Below, in pieces: positions 1 through 9,909 of a stretch of 64,000 nt of DNA. Position 1 is the stretch's first letter; each line of letters begins with the position of its first letter. Source of the stretch: Ostreococcus lucimarinus (lineage: Eukaryota); assembly GCA_000092065.1 (NCBI GenBank), contig CP000583.1; one strand, written 5' to 3'. Under the pieces are notes generated by a model. That model did not search any database. It was not told where the DNA came from and saw only the letters and a list, made by a program, of their open reading frames with translations. The position numbers and the translations under genes were made by a program.

Positions 1-1059
1 GATAGTCTTGTCTAAATCGCCCTTGATGTCTCGTGCGTCGCGGTTTCCGCCGCGAGCATCCGTTTTCGGTTTCTTTGCTCCGTCGCGCCAGTCCGGCTGT
101 AAATCCGCCGCTCGACGCTTCTGTCCTGGAGCGCCTAAATACGGGTTCGGGCCAGTATCTGGTGGAATCTTGCACAACAGCGCGCGATCCATCGCTGACC
201 CGGGTTCAATCTTCAACGCATGCATCCATTTCTCGCCGTCGGCGTTGCTGCAGTACGCAATGTTAATGAATCGCGTCACCCACGACTGAGCCGATGCTGG
301 ATCACTCGAGCCCGTTTTTACGTTAATGTATGGCTCACGCTCGAAGAAGAACGGATGCGAGCCCGCGAAGTGATACCTCGGCGCGAGCGTCAGCGCCAAC
401 GCCCGAGACACTGGACTGCCAGTCGAACTCGCGCTCTTTGCCTCGCTCCCAACCTCGCGTCCGTGCACGTCAAGCGTACCCGCGGGCCAATCGCGCGTGA
501 GCAACACATCCACGACATCATTCTTTGGCAATTCATCAAAACTCGCCTTCATGGACGTCACGTCATCCTCCGTCGTCTCGCCGTTTCGCTTCGCCGTCGA
601 TTTCCCAATAGCGCTCGCGTCCTCGTACGAAAGCACATCGAACCTTCCCGGCACCGACGCCACTTTCAACCCACGACAAAGTTCGTACACTCGCGATTCG
701 CTCATAAAATACACATTCGGCGCGATCTCGAGCAATCCTTTCTCCTTCGATCCATCCTTTGTCTCGCTCGCGCGTTTCGCCGCCGCCGAGCGCGCGAATT
801 CCAAACCCTTCTCTCCATCGGGATCGACAAAGTACACCGGCACCTCGCACGACTTCGTGCCGTCCTGGTACCCTCGCATCGTCTCCTCCGCTGCGTCGCC
901 GTCGTAGATCCTTCCCGCGACGAGGACGGCGTCGAAAGGTCCGGCTTTGGGATTGGCGTGCACGGTGTGCACGCGCGCGACGAGGTCGTCGAACGTCGCG
1001 CGCGCGTCCCCGGCGACGATGACGCGTTTGGCGGCATCGGCAGACGCCGCGGCGGACAT
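1..1059 (-). CDS. CWF19-like protein (Drn1/CWF19L1 family), N-terminal metallophosphatase-like domain; 3' part runs off the window edge
   Basis: My own minus-strand translation from the ATG (complement of cat at ~1057-1059) runs with no stop to position 1: MSAAASADAAKRVIVAGDARATFDDLVARVHTVHANPKAGPFDAVLVAGRIYDGDAAEE...CEVPVYFVDPDGEKG. It resembles the CWF19L1 N-terminus (LLACGDVEGKFDxLFxRVxxIQKKxGxFDLLLCVGNFF). It is absent from the ORF track because there is no stop codon inside the window. Confidence 0.55.
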   Translation of the reverse strand, partial: MSAAASADAAKRVIVAGDARATFDDLVARVHTVHANPKAGPFDAVLVAGRIYDGDAAEETMRGYQDGTKSCEVPVYFVDPDGEKGLEFARSAAAKRASETKDGSKEKGLLEIAPNVYFMSESRVYELCRGLKVASVPGRFDVLSYEDASAIGKSTAKRNGETTEDDVTSMKASFDELPKNDVVDVLLTRDWPAGTLDVHGREVGSEAKSASSTGSPVSRALALTLAPRYHFAGSHPFFFEREPYINVKTGSSDPASAQSWVTRFINIAYCSNADGEKWMHALKIEPGSAMDRALLCKIPPDTGPNPYLGAPGQKRRAADLQPDWRDGAKKPKTDARGGNRDARDIKGDLDKTI

Positions 1060-1223
1060 GGAGGCGCGGTCGATCGCGCGCGATCGCAGAGGTGCGGTCG
1101 CGCGCGGGATTCTGGCGAATGGTTCGTCCCTGGCGGCGCTTTTTGGCTGTTTTTGGCAGGAGGAGACGCCGCGGAGATTGGAGGGAGAAGATATGTTACA
1201 CGCCCGAGTGGAGCTGGGAAATA

Positions 1224-2024
1224 TTACGCGAGTCTCGGCGCGAGCCATCCGAGGGCGGCATCGATCCACTCGCCCTCGTGATGAATGTCGACGCTCTCGA
1301 AACCTTCGATGACGTCGTGCGCGACGCCGGCGGCTTCGAGTTGGCGAGCAAAGTCGCCGAGCTCGTTCGCAGTTTTGCTCCCGGGGATGAGAGCGATTCT
1401 AGACAATTCAGTGGCGTTGAGATGGTCGCGAACCCACGCGTCGCGTGCGATGGTGGTGACGTCGTACGGGGTCCAGTCGTCGTCTTGCGGGAACGCCTCG
1501 TTCCACGACCCCCAGTTCGCCTCGCGCTCGAGATCTTCGCGTCCCCACGCTCGCTCTATCATCTTAAACCCACCTAAGATCGGTACATCAGCGGCGATAA
1601 CGGCGTGAAATGCCGTTGGACGTCGCATGAGCAAACTCAGCGCCCCGTACGCGCCTGAACCAAAGCCAAGAAGCGACATCTTGCCCACGTTGTGCGCCGC
1701 CAAGAAGTGCGGCAACACCACCTTGAGCAAATAGCTCTCGTGGTTCATCGACGCCGAATCGTTCAGCCACGTCGGCGTGTTAAACGCCAACTCAACCAAA
1801 ATTACATCCTTCGCGTCGTTCCACTTCTTCTTTGCCACGCTCGACGTCAAAGATACCTTCCCCTCCCTCGGCCCGAATCCCGCCTCTCCCGGCACGCAAA
1901 TCAACGCGTCGTACGGCTCTTTCCTGTTCCCATCGTACCCTTTCGGCAACTTCACTCGATACCGCGTGGGTGTCGCCACCTTTGTCTTGACGTCGTAATC
2001 GTAATTCGCGTTCGGAAAGTGCAC
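1224..2024 (-). CDS. alpha/beta-hydrolase, putative esterase (esterase D / S-formylglutathione hydrolase-like family)
   Basis: 266-aa ORF with the nucleophile-elbow motif GFGSGAYGA (GxSxG) and the overall profile of the putative-esterase family. Confidence 0.6.
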   Translation of the reverse strand: MHFPNANYDYDVKTKVATPTRYRVKLPKGYDGNRKEPYDALICVPGEAGFGPREGKVSLTSSVAKKKWNDAKDVILVELAFNTPTWLNDSASMNHESYLLKVVLPHFLAAHNVGKMSLLGFGSGAYGALSLLMRRPTAFHAVIAADVPILGGFKMIERAWGREDLEREANWGSWNEAFPQDDDWTPYDVTTIARDAWVRDHLNATELSRIALIPGSKTANELGDFARQLEAAGVAHDVIEGFESVDIHHEGEWIDAALGWLAPRLA

Positions 2025-2468
2025 CCTGTGCGGTTGTAACGCATCAAAACTGCGCGCCGGCGCCGCGTCGGCGTCCCGGTCAGTCTCGCATTCAGCCGCT
2101 CATCCCCTCTCGCGTCGTTTCCGCGTCGTTTCCGCGTCGTCGTGGTTCCGCGCGCGGTCGACTCACCTCGAGTATTCGTGTTCAGCGCCGTACTCGTGCG
2201 CTTCGCGCAGCGTCGCGTTCCCCGGGACGTACGTCGTCGTCGCGTCCGCCGCGCCGTCCGCCGCCGCCGCGCGTGACGACGACGACGCGCGTCGTTTCGT
2301 CGCGCGGGCGTCGACGATGAGGCGCGAAAGAGCGCACTGCGGTCGTACGCTCGTCATCGCGCGCGCGGTCGACGCTCGGTCGCGCGCGGGCGAATGACGG
2401 TGGCGAATTCGGCGAAAAGAGGTTTTCGCACTCCAAAGGCTACGGCTGCGCGGGCTCGCGTCGGCTAG

Positions 2469-3755
2469 TTACTTTGACGAGGAGAATAGGCGTCGGCGCT
2501 TCTTAGCGCCGGTGTACGCACCGTGCTTGGCGATGGCGGTGTCGTCTTTGCTAGCGATGACGATCGTGGCGTTGGCGCCATCGTCGGTGGCGTTGACGGC
2601 GGCGACGACGAAGACGCCGTCGGGCGACGCGACGACGCGGTCGACGCCGGCGAGGGCGGAGGATCGAGCCTTTTCCAACACGACTGGTACGTTCGGGTCG
2701 GTGATGTCGACGACGACGATGGCACCGATACTTTTGGCGGCGACGTACGCGGTGGTGCCGTGGACGCTAACGTCGCGCGCGCCCGATAAATCTCGGTTCG
2801 CCGCCGGCGCTAACTCAAAGCCATCCGACGGTTCGTTCGGCGCGAGTCGCCCCGCGTGCACCCCGTTCAAATACTCGGGCGCGCCGTACGTCGAGCTGTT
2901 AAATATCGAAAACGTCCCCCCATTCAACGTCGGCGTCACCACGTACGTGTACGCGCGTTCGCCGCCCCCCACCCCCACGCACGCGCCGCTCGCGCTCTCC
3001 AACCGACTATCCTTGACGCTCCCGACGAGTTGCATCGTCCCCGCCGAGGTGTACTTTAACGTCGTCACTCTCCGCGTCATCCCGCTCATCGTCCGCAGCG
3101 TTTGCCTATCATACGGTCCTAACTGTATTTTATCGATTCCCGAGAGCTGATACGTCGATCCCGTGATCGTCGGCGCGTCGTTTTCGTTCGGATCCAACTT
3201 CACGAAGACCACCCGCGCGTGCGCTCGGCTCGCCACGAACGCCAGCGTCCCGTTCACCACCACCACATCCGTCGGCTCCGCGATTCTCGTCGCGTTCTTC
3301 ACCGCGTGTATCTGTCTCGCTTTCGTCGCTCGCGTTCCATCGCCATCGACGCCGTATATCAACAACGAATTCGTTCCCGCGCACGTCACCGCCAGGCGCG
3401 CTCGATTTCCCGCCGCGACGCCGTCCCGCGCGCTCTCGTACGCGAACAGCCCTTCGCACGGCGTCGCGTCCTCGTCGAGCGTCGCGATCGTCGTCAGCGT
3501 CACCGGCGACGTCGTGAGCGTCAGCGCGCTGATCGTTCGCGCGCCGAGGACGTACGCGATCGTCGACAGCGCCGACGGCGCGGACGACGCGTGCGCCGCG
3601 GGGGTGATGAATTCGACGGTTCGCGCGTCGACGTCGGCGAACGGAGACGCGATCTGCGTCAAATTCGCCGCGCGCGCGACGGCGCAGAGCGATGCGATGA
3701 CGACGCCGCGCGCGACGCGGGCGAGGCGCGGACGCGCCGACGCGCGAGGCGCCAT
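2469..3755 (-). CDS. secreted beta-propeller protein with LVIVD-type repeats (hypothetical)
   Basis: ORF 2469..3908; the likely start is MAPRASARPRLARVARGVVIASLCAVARA (a signal-peptide-like N-terminus) with the M near 3755. Repeated hydrophobic-strand motifs (VVVVDITDPNVPVVL, VFVVAAVNATDDG, TAYVAAKSIGAIVVVD) resemble LVIVD repeats. Confidence 0.4.
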   Translation of the reverse strand: MAPRASARPRLARVARGVVIASLCAVARAANLTQIASPFADVDARTVEFITPAAHASSAPSALSTIAYVLGARTISALTLTTSPVTLTTIATLDEDATPCEGLFAYESARDGVAAGNRARLAVTCAGTNSLLIYGVDGDGTRATKARQIHAVKNATRIAEPTDVVVVNGTLAFVASRAHARVVFVKLDPNENDAPTITGSTYQLSGIDKIQLGPYDRQTLRTMSGMTRRVTTLKYTSAGTMQLVGSVKDSRLESASGACVGVGGGERAYTYVVTPTLNGGTFSIFNSSTYGAPEYLNGVHAGRLAPNEPSDGFELAPAANRDLSGARDVSVHGTTAYVAAKSIGAIVVVDITDPNVPVVLEKARSSALAGVDRVVASPDGVFVVAAVNATDDGANATIVIASKDDTAIAKHGAYTGAKKRRRLFSSSK

Positions 3756-3904
3756 GTGACGCGCGACGACGACGGCGAGGCGAGACGCGACGCGCGAATC
3801 AAACGAAACGCGACGCGACGAACGATCGTCGCGCGAACGTCTCCGACGCGATCGAAAAGATGGGATGAAATAAGATGGGATGAATGAATGACGGGGGTCG
3901 AAGG

Positions 3905-4816
3905 TCACGGTCGACGCATCTTGCGAACGAGGTCGGGCTCGAGGTAGTCGACGCGCGGAATCGAACGCGCGACGCGCCGGCGAATCGGCGAAGACGGCGG
4001 TTCGATTCTGGGGACGTCGGCGATGACGTCGAGCGGAGATCTCGCGGGTGGACTGGCGTGCGTTTTGATGGTGGACGCTGGCGCCGGTGATGCGTCGCGA
4101 GGCGGTGGGGGAGAATTTTCCGGCGACGGCGGCGGCGCGAGCGGGCGCGGCGGCGAAAGCGCGAGCGGGCCGACGACTTTGCGTTCTTCGATCTCGTCGA
4201 ACCCGCTCGGACGTCGAAGCTTCGTCTTCAAGCTCGGCTCGGCGTAATTCAATACTTTCATGGCGTGTCTCGCGCGCAGGGCGCGTCGAGCCGTCTCTCC
4301 CACGGGTGTCGTCTGCTTGGGCTCTTTCGTTTTCGCCGTGGACTTGCCGATCGGTTTCTTCGCCTTGGCGCGCTTCTTCGGCGTCTGCTTCTTTATGACT
4401 CTACGCTCGATCGCCGCATCGCAGAGCGCGAGAGACAACTCACGCAACGTTTCCGCCGCTTCCGTCAACGACAAGCTTTCACTCTCACCACGCGCGTCGG
4501 AATCGGACGACGATGCGTCTTCGTCGCTCTCTTCGTCCGCGTAAACGTCGATCGATTTAGAAGCCTCGCGCCTCCCTCCACTCATTTTCGCCTTCTCCTT
4601 CGCGTGCGCGAGCTCGATTCTCAACCGACACACATCATCCCGCGCCGCGCGAAGCTCTTCGATCCACCGTCGCTTCTCCTCTTCCACAGTCGTTCGGACC
4701 ATTCGCAACGCAGTCGTCAACGTACGCTGGCTCGCCTCGGACGCTTCGGCGCGTTCCCGCGCCTCCGTCGTCTGCGCTCTCAGCTGCGCGAAACCGACCC
4801 GAACGCTTCCCGTCAA
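3905..4816 (-). CDS. SGO: shugoshin-like protein (N-terminal coiled coil plus two C-terminal SGO basic motifs)
   Basis: 303 aa with an N-terminal coiled coil (QRTLTTALRMVRTTVEEEKRRWIEELRAARDDVCRLRIELAHAKEK) and an acidic Ser-rich middle. It carries two copies of the shugoshin C-terminal motif: KVLNYAEPSLKTKLRRP and RVDYLEPDLVRKMRRP (compare the fungal and animal VNYKEPSLRTKLRR motif). Confidence 0.6.
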   Translation of the reverse strand: MTGSVRVGFAQLRAQTTEARERAEASEASQRTLTTALRMVRTTVEEEKRRWIEELRAARDDVCRLRIELAHAKEKAKMSGGRREASKSIDVYADEESDEDASSSDSDARGESESLSLTEAAETLRELSLALCDAAIERRVIKKQTPKKRAKAKKPIGKSTAKTKEPKQTTPVGETARRALRARHAMKVLNYAEPSLKTKLRRPSGFDEIEERKVVGPLALSPPRPLAPPPSPENSPPPPRDASPAPASTIKTHASPPARSPLDVIADVPRIEPPSSPIRRRVARSIPRVDYLEPDLVRKMRRP

Positions 4817-5284
4817 TCACGAGCACGCACGTCTATCCCTGCATTCCGTTTTCTTCCCCCCTTTCGCCGTCTCGAGCGCGAGAGCCCTCTCGCGTCGCGC
4901 GCGCCGATTCCAAAAATGATTCCAAAAATCCAGGCACTCTCGGGCTGTCTCGGACGCACCTTGGCGTTCGCGCGCGCGAGCTCGCCGTTCGCGCGCGCGA
5001 ACTTGGCGCACAGCGACGACGCGCTGCGAGGATTTCCCGCGTCCCGTCCCATCGTTTCGGCGTTCGATCGAGGCGCGCGGCGCGATCAACGCGAATCATT
5101 CATCGTCGTTCGCGCGCGCGCGAGTGACGAACGCGACGCCCGCATTCGCGATCTCGCGATCGATCGCGACACACCGCGGCGTCGGTGACGCGAGCGACGC
5201 GCGCGAACGCGAACGAATCGCGCGCGATCGATTCGGCTCGCGCGCGACGCGCGCGGCGGTCGACGACGGCGAGGCCGCGACGCG

Positions 5285-5847
5285 ATGGCGATGACGACGA
5301 TGGCGTCGACGACGACGATGCCGACCGTCGCGCGACGCGGTCGCGGACGGGACGCGCGCGCGAGAGGCGCCGCGATGGGATGCGCGCACCGTCGACGCGT
5401 CGTGACGCTCGCGGGAGGGAAACGCGGCGACGACGGGGAGGAGAAGGCGCAAGATGTGGACGAGCGGAGAGGGATGGATTGGGACGGGGCGTGGCGCGCG
5501 TTCAAGCGCGATTTCGTCGGCGACGACGCGAAGATGCCCGGAGATTTGGTGGAGAAGAAGTATCAAAATAATAGGTGCGCGCGCGCTCGCGAGGGAGGAC
5601 TCGGAAGGATCGAACGCGCGACGCGGGCGACTGACGAAGGACGCGTTTCGCCCGACGCAGACGCGCCCCGGACGCCGAGGCTAAACAGCAAATCTACGAC
5701 GACGAGGATCGCGTGTTAAACTTCGCGACGTCGCAAAAGGTGACGTTGGTGAGTTTAATCGCCGTCGCCGCGCTTTTATTCGTATTCATCGTCGTCATCG
5801 GACCGCCGCCGTCGGACGGGCGCTGCACGCTGCCGTGGTGCGGCTAG
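5285..5847 (+). CDS. small tail-anchored membrane protein (hypothetical), two exons
   Basis: Exon 1 is in ORF 5285..5719 (start uncertain: 5285 or the MDWDGAW Met at ~5474) and ends at 5574 with ...KMPGDLVEKKYQNN-AG. The donor is GTGCGCGCGC, the intron is 5575..5660 (86 nt) and the acceptor is CCCGACGCAG. Exon 2 (5661..5847) reads RAPDAEAKQQIYDDEDRVLNFATSQK-VTLVSLIAVAALLFVFIVVIG-PPPSDGRCTLPWCG, with the stop TAG at 5845-5847. The frame and splice phase are consistent, and the C-terminal TM helix is a tail anchor. Confidence 0.35.
5575..5660 (+). other. putative spliceosomal intron (86 nt, GT..AG)
   Basis: Donor AATAATAG|GTGCGCGCG and acceptor CGACGCAG|A. The length and the GTGCGCGCG donor are identical to the DHAD intron, and removing it joins the reading frame to a C-terminal TM exon. 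Confidence 0.35.
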
Positions 5848-6403
5848 CGCGTCGCGTCTGCCGTCCTGGACGCGCGTCGACGCCGCGTCCCGCGCTCGCG
5901 CGCGTAGACGTTGTCATCGCAGCGCGCCCATCGCTCGCCGCGTCCTCGTCCGCGCCCTCGCGCCGTCGTCGCGTCTCGCGCGCGCGCCTCGCGCGCGCGT
6001 GAGATTTTTCTTCGCATACTTAACTTCAAAAACGCCCATCAATGGTGATCACCACCGGACCCATCGCGCCGTCCGCGTCAGCATCTTCGCGCGCGCGCGT
6101 CGGTTGCTCCGTCCCCCGCCGCAATCTTCCCCGCACACGCCGACGTCCGCGACGCGCGCGCGCCGATCGCGCGACGAACCGCTCGCGCTCGCGTTCGTTC
6201 ACGCGCCCGAATCTCGCGCGCGCGCAAAACCGCGCGCGCGCGGACGCGAGACGCGGAAATCTCGACGATTGCGCGCGCCGACCCTCGCGCGCTTTTGAGT
6301 GTTCGCGCGACGTCGACGGGACGCCGCGACGCGCGCGCGCGATCGATCGCGAAGGAAACGCGAGGGAAGAAGAACGCGAGCGCGTGAACGCGCGGTGCGC
6401 GGC

Positions 6404-7441
6404 ATGGGGGCGTACACGTACGATAGCGCCACGCACGGGCCGCCGATCGGGGTCCCGAGGACGATTGGCAAGGCGCGGACGACGGCGCGCGGGGACGACG
6501 CGGAGGGCGATTCCGGTTCCGGACGCTCGAGCGATGCCCCGCTGTCGGTGAATGTTTTTGGAGGTGGGACACAGTTCGCGAGGTCGAGTCCGAGCGAGTC
6601 CGAGGTCGGCACGCCGGGTCGAGGGATGGAAGCTCCTCGAAACGGGACGGCGACGGCGAGGCCGCGCGGGCGCGCGTCGTCGGGTTCAAAGTCGCCGACG
6701 GATCTCAGCGAGACTGATTCAGAGCAAAGTAACACGGGGAAGGGTGATGGTGCGAACAAATTGGTGCATAAAGATTTGGTGACAAACTTGAAGGCGCAAG
6801 CGCGCAGACACGATTCGAGAACGTCGCTCTACAGAGGGGTTTCTCTGTTGCGGCAAACCGGCAAGTACCACGCGCAAATCAACGTGCAGCGGAAACAGTT
6901 GCATCTTGGTTTCTTTTTCAGCGAAGAAGAGGCCGCGCGGGCGTACGATCGGGCGGCAATATTCAAGGCTTCGGTAGAAGGCGGCACCATCTGTACAAAT
7001 ATGGACATCAACGATTACAAGGATGAAATTCCCACCTTGCAGGCGATGACGCAGCCCGAACTGTTACAAATGTTGCACGAGATGAAGCTGAAGAGTAACG
7101 AGAGTTCGGCGCCAAATTCGCCGCGAAAAGGAATTAAACCGCGCACAAGCACCAATTCCAAGCAAATGGCTCGCGAAAATCGATTGGATCGTAGTAACAG
7201 CGGCAGCATTGAGCACGTGATCATCAAGGCGAACTCGCAAGAGCCGCCGACGAGTCCGCGTTTTGACGCGTTAAACAGCGCCGTAGGTGTCGTCGAACGG
7301 GAACAGCAAGGCACTTTGAGTGTTGTCAATGTGGCTGCTTCAGTCACCGTGCAGCACACGTGTCCGGGTGTGATTGATTTACACATCAGCAAGCGTCGAA
7401 GGACGCGAATACAACCCAGACAAGCGCCCGCGGCAGCGTAA
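6404..7441 (+). CDS. AP2/ERF-domain transcription factor
   Basis: The ORF contains a canonical AP2 domain: YRGVSLLRQTGKYHAQINVQRKQLHLGFFFSEEEAARAYDRAAI (YRGV....W.A.I......LG.F...EEAARAYD.AA). The start is taken at MGAYTYD (6404); the upstream part of the ORF is GC-rich low complexity. Confidence 0.7.
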   Translation: MGAYTYDSATHGPPIGVPRTIGKARTTARGDDAEGDSGSGRSSDAPLSVNVFGGGTQFARSSPSESEVGTPGRGMEAPRNGTATARPRGRASSGSKSPTDLSETDSEQSNTGKGDGANKLVHKDLVTNLKAQARRHDSRTSLYRGVSLLRQTGKYHAQINVQRKQLHLGFFFSEEEAARAYDRAAIFKASVEGGTICTNMDINDYKDEIPTLQAMTQPELLQMLHEMKLKSNESSAPNSPRKGIKPRTSTNSKQMARENRLDRSNSGSIEHVIIKANSQEPPTSPRFDALNSAVGVVEREQQGTLSVVNVAASVTVQHTCPGVIDLHISKRRRTRIQPRQAPAAA

Positions 7442-7757
7442 ACTGGCGCCTCGACGTTGTCTCGAGGACGGTGACGCCGTGTGTAACGTTGAACGATTTT
7501 TGCTTTGAAGGTTCCTTCGTCTAATCGAATGGGCTGTTTTTTGTTTATTAAAAGGTCGCAAGGCCATATAGGATAGTTTTTGACCGAACCGCAGCTGCGC
7601 ACTTTTTGGCTCGCCGAGACCGACAGTCTCGGCTAGGCAAACAAGTGGCATCCTTCTCCCATGAAAGGAGTCGTGTGTAAATGTACGAAAAAGACAAAAT
7701 TTAAATAACTGGTGTTACTAGTGTTACAACCGCTCCGCGCGAACCTAGTTCTTCGAC

Positions 7758-8465
7758 CTACTTCTTCTTCGCTTTCTTTGAACCCTTGCCTTTGTTTGCC
7801 GACGCCGCGCGCTTTTTACCTCCGTCCTCCTTACCGTCTTCGCCGCCGTCCCCCTTATCACCCCCTGCCGCCGCCAAACTCGCCTTCAACAGATCTCCCG
7901 GCGAACCAACACCATCTTTAATCGCCTTCGCCGCCGTTTCCACGTCCACGCTCGCCTTTCGCCCGCCGGCGCTCGCCCCCCGCGCGCCGTCCCCGAGCCT
8001 CGCTCGCGTCTCCTCGATCTTCTTCCTGTACGCCTCCACCCGTTTCATCTCCTTCGCCGTCGCGTGCTTCTCCGGATCGACGCCTAGCGTCTTCAGGTAC
8101 ATCCCAAACAGCGCGACGATCGCGCGCGCGGCCTCGCAGTGCACCTCCGCGCGTTCCAACGGCCGCAGTTCCTTCGTCAGCGCCTTGCGGTCGGCGTCGA
8201 GAAACGGCTCGAGCGCGCGTTCGATCGCCTCCGTCGCCGCCTCAAACTCATCGAGCGCCTCGCGAGCGTCTTCAGGGAGCGCGTCATCGGCGACGGCGGG
8301 CATGGCGTCGCGCGCGCGCGTCGCAGCGTCGCGCAATGCCGTGGCGGCGGTGCCGCTGCCACCAGCGCGCGGCGCCACGTCACCACACAAAACGACGCGA
8401 CGACGCGCGCGCGCGACGAGACGCTCGAAAGCGCGCGCGAACGCGTCGAAATATATCGCCGCCAT
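7758..8465 (-). CDS. exosome-associated C1D/Rrp47 (Sas10/Utp3/C1D family) protein
   Basis: The segment LFGMYLKTLGVDPEKHATAKEMKRVEAYRKKIEE matches the Rrp47/C1D core (LFSYLKVNGVDTKEHPVMKELDRVKQYMDKIK). The tail is K/G-rich and basic. The start is taken at MAAIYFD. Confidence 0.55.
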   Translation of the reverse strand: MAAIYFDAFARAFERLVARARRRVVLCGDVAPRAGGSGTAATALRDAATRARDAMPAVADDALPEDAREALDEFEAATEAIERALEPFLDADRKALTKELRPLERAEVHCEAARAIVALFGMYLKTLGVDPEKHATAKEMKRVEAYRKKIEETRARLGDGARGASAGGRKASVDVETAAKAIKDGVGSPGDLLKASLAAAGGDKGDGGEDGKEDGGKKRAASANKGKGSKKAKKK

Positions 8466-8530
8466 TCGCTCGACGCCACCGAATCGCGCGCGAGAGACGG
8501 CGACGACGGCGATAAGATAAAGCGTCAACG
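8466..8530. promoter_or_regulatory. putative bidirectional promoter (Rrp47/C1D <-> HPPD), about 65 bp
   Basis: Head-to-head start codons only about 65 bp apart. Confidence 0.3.
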
Positions 8531-9814
8531 ATGGCGACCGTCCCGAGTAAACGAAAGTTGGTCGGGTGCGCGAACTTCGTGCGATCGAACCCGCTGAGCG
8601 ACGCGTTCGAGTGTGAAAAGTTTGACCACATCGAGTTTTGGTGCGGGGATGCGACGAACGCGGCGGCGAGGTTCGGGGTTGGCTTAGGCATGGGGCTGCG
8701 ATGCAAGAGCGACGCGACCACGGGGAACGGGACGTACGCGTCGTACGCGATGAAGTCGAACGATCTGACGTTCGTGTTCACCGCACCGTACGGAGTCGAG
8801 AGCGGAGGTAGTCGAGGGGAAGCGCCGCATCCGGGACACGAGGGACGGGCGATGATGCGATTTTTTGAGAAGCACGGGCTGGCGGCGCGCGCGGTGGGCG
8901 TGCGAGTCAAAGACGCGCGCGCGGCGTATGAGGAGGCAGTGAAACGTGGTGCGCGTGGCGTGCTGGCGCCGACGGTTTTGACACACACAGTAGACGACGG
9001 ATGTGCGAAGGGTGGACAAGTCATCGCGGAGATTGAGCTATATGGCGATGTCGTCTTGCGCTTCGTCAACGCGACGGATGGATTTGACGGAGACTTTCTG
9101 TGCAATTATTCGGCGACGCGCGATGCGCCAGATGTGTCGTATGGGTTGCAGCGCCTCGATCACGCCGTCGGTAACGTGCACGATTTGATCGAAACCGTGG
9201 ATTATATCACCAAAGTCACGGGCTTTCACGAGTTTGCTGAGTTCACGGCGGAGGACATCGGAACGATCGATAGCGGGTTGAATAGCATGGTGTTGGCAAA
9301 CAATAACGAGTACGTGTTATTGCCTGTGAACGAGCCGACGTTCGGGACGAAGCGGAAGAGTCAAATCCAAACATATCTTGAGCAAAACAATGGCCCTGGG
9401 TTGCAGCACTTGGCGTTGAAAACGGATGACATCTTTGCGACGGTGCGAGAAATGCGCAAGTACTCGCACTTGCGAGGCGGATTCGACTTTCAAGCGCCGG
9501 CAAGCGATGACTATTACAAGCAACTCAAGGCGAAAATCGGCGATGCTTTGAACGATGAGCAGTACGCGCTTGTCGAAGAGTTGGGTTTGCTCGTCGATAA
9601 GGACGACCAGGGCGTATTGATTCAGGTCTTCACGAAGCCCGTGGGCGACCGGCCGACGTTATTTTTAGAAATCATCCAGCGCATAGGCTGCATGCGTAGA
9701 AAAGCGGACTCGGAATCATTTGAGCAAGCAGCCGGATGCGGTGGGTTCGGCAAGGGTAATTTCTCCGAACTGTTCAAATCTATTGAAGCGTACGAAGCGA
9801 CGCTTCAAATTTAG
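8531..9814 (+). CDS. HPD: 4-hydroxyphenylpyruvate dioxygenase (HPPD)
   Basis: 427 aa with HPPD hallmarks: FDHIEFWCGDATN near the N-terminus, VLLPVNEP, HLALKTDDIF, LLQVFTKP and the C-terminal GFGKGNFSELFKSIE. Confidence 0.9.
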   Translation: MATVPSKRKLVGCANFVRSNPLSDAFECEKFDHIEFWCGDATNAAARFGVGLGMGLRCKSDATTGNGTYASYAMKSNDLTFVFTAPYGVESGGSRGEAPHPGHEGRAMMRFFEKHGLAARAVGVRVKDARAAYEEAVKRGARGVLAPTVLTHTVDDGCAKGGQVIAEIELYGDVVLRFVNATDGFDGDFLCNYSATRDAPDVSYGLQRLDHAVGNVHDLIETVDYITKVTGFHEFAEFTAEDIGTIDSGLNSMVLANNNEYVLLPVNEPTFGTKRKSQIQTYLEQNNGPGLQHLALKTDDIFATVREMRKYSHLRGGFDFQAPASDDYYKQLKAKIGDALNDEQYALVEELGLLVDKDDQGVLIQVFTKPVGDRPTLFLEIIQRIGCMRRKADSESFEQAAGCGGFGKGNFSELFKSIEAYEATLQI

Positions 9815-9909
9815 CCAGGCATTGTTATCAAACCATTTCTTATTCCTTACATTCTCGATTCTTTCTGGTTCGGCTAGGGCGCGCTACAATTCGCTAACTA
9901 TCAAAATGC

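Noticed and set aside
220-1281. 353-aa plus-strand ORF (Arg-rich) overlapping the start of the window
   Set aside because: The composition is R/A/H-rich and typical of antisense GC-rich sequence. The opposite strand encodes a convincing CWF19-like protein over the same span.
6078-6759. Several overlapping 130-200-aa ORFs on both strands between the shugoshin and AP2 genes
   Set aside because: The region is a CpG-rich low-complexity promoter; all frames stay open because stop codons are AT-rich. No domain-like sequence.
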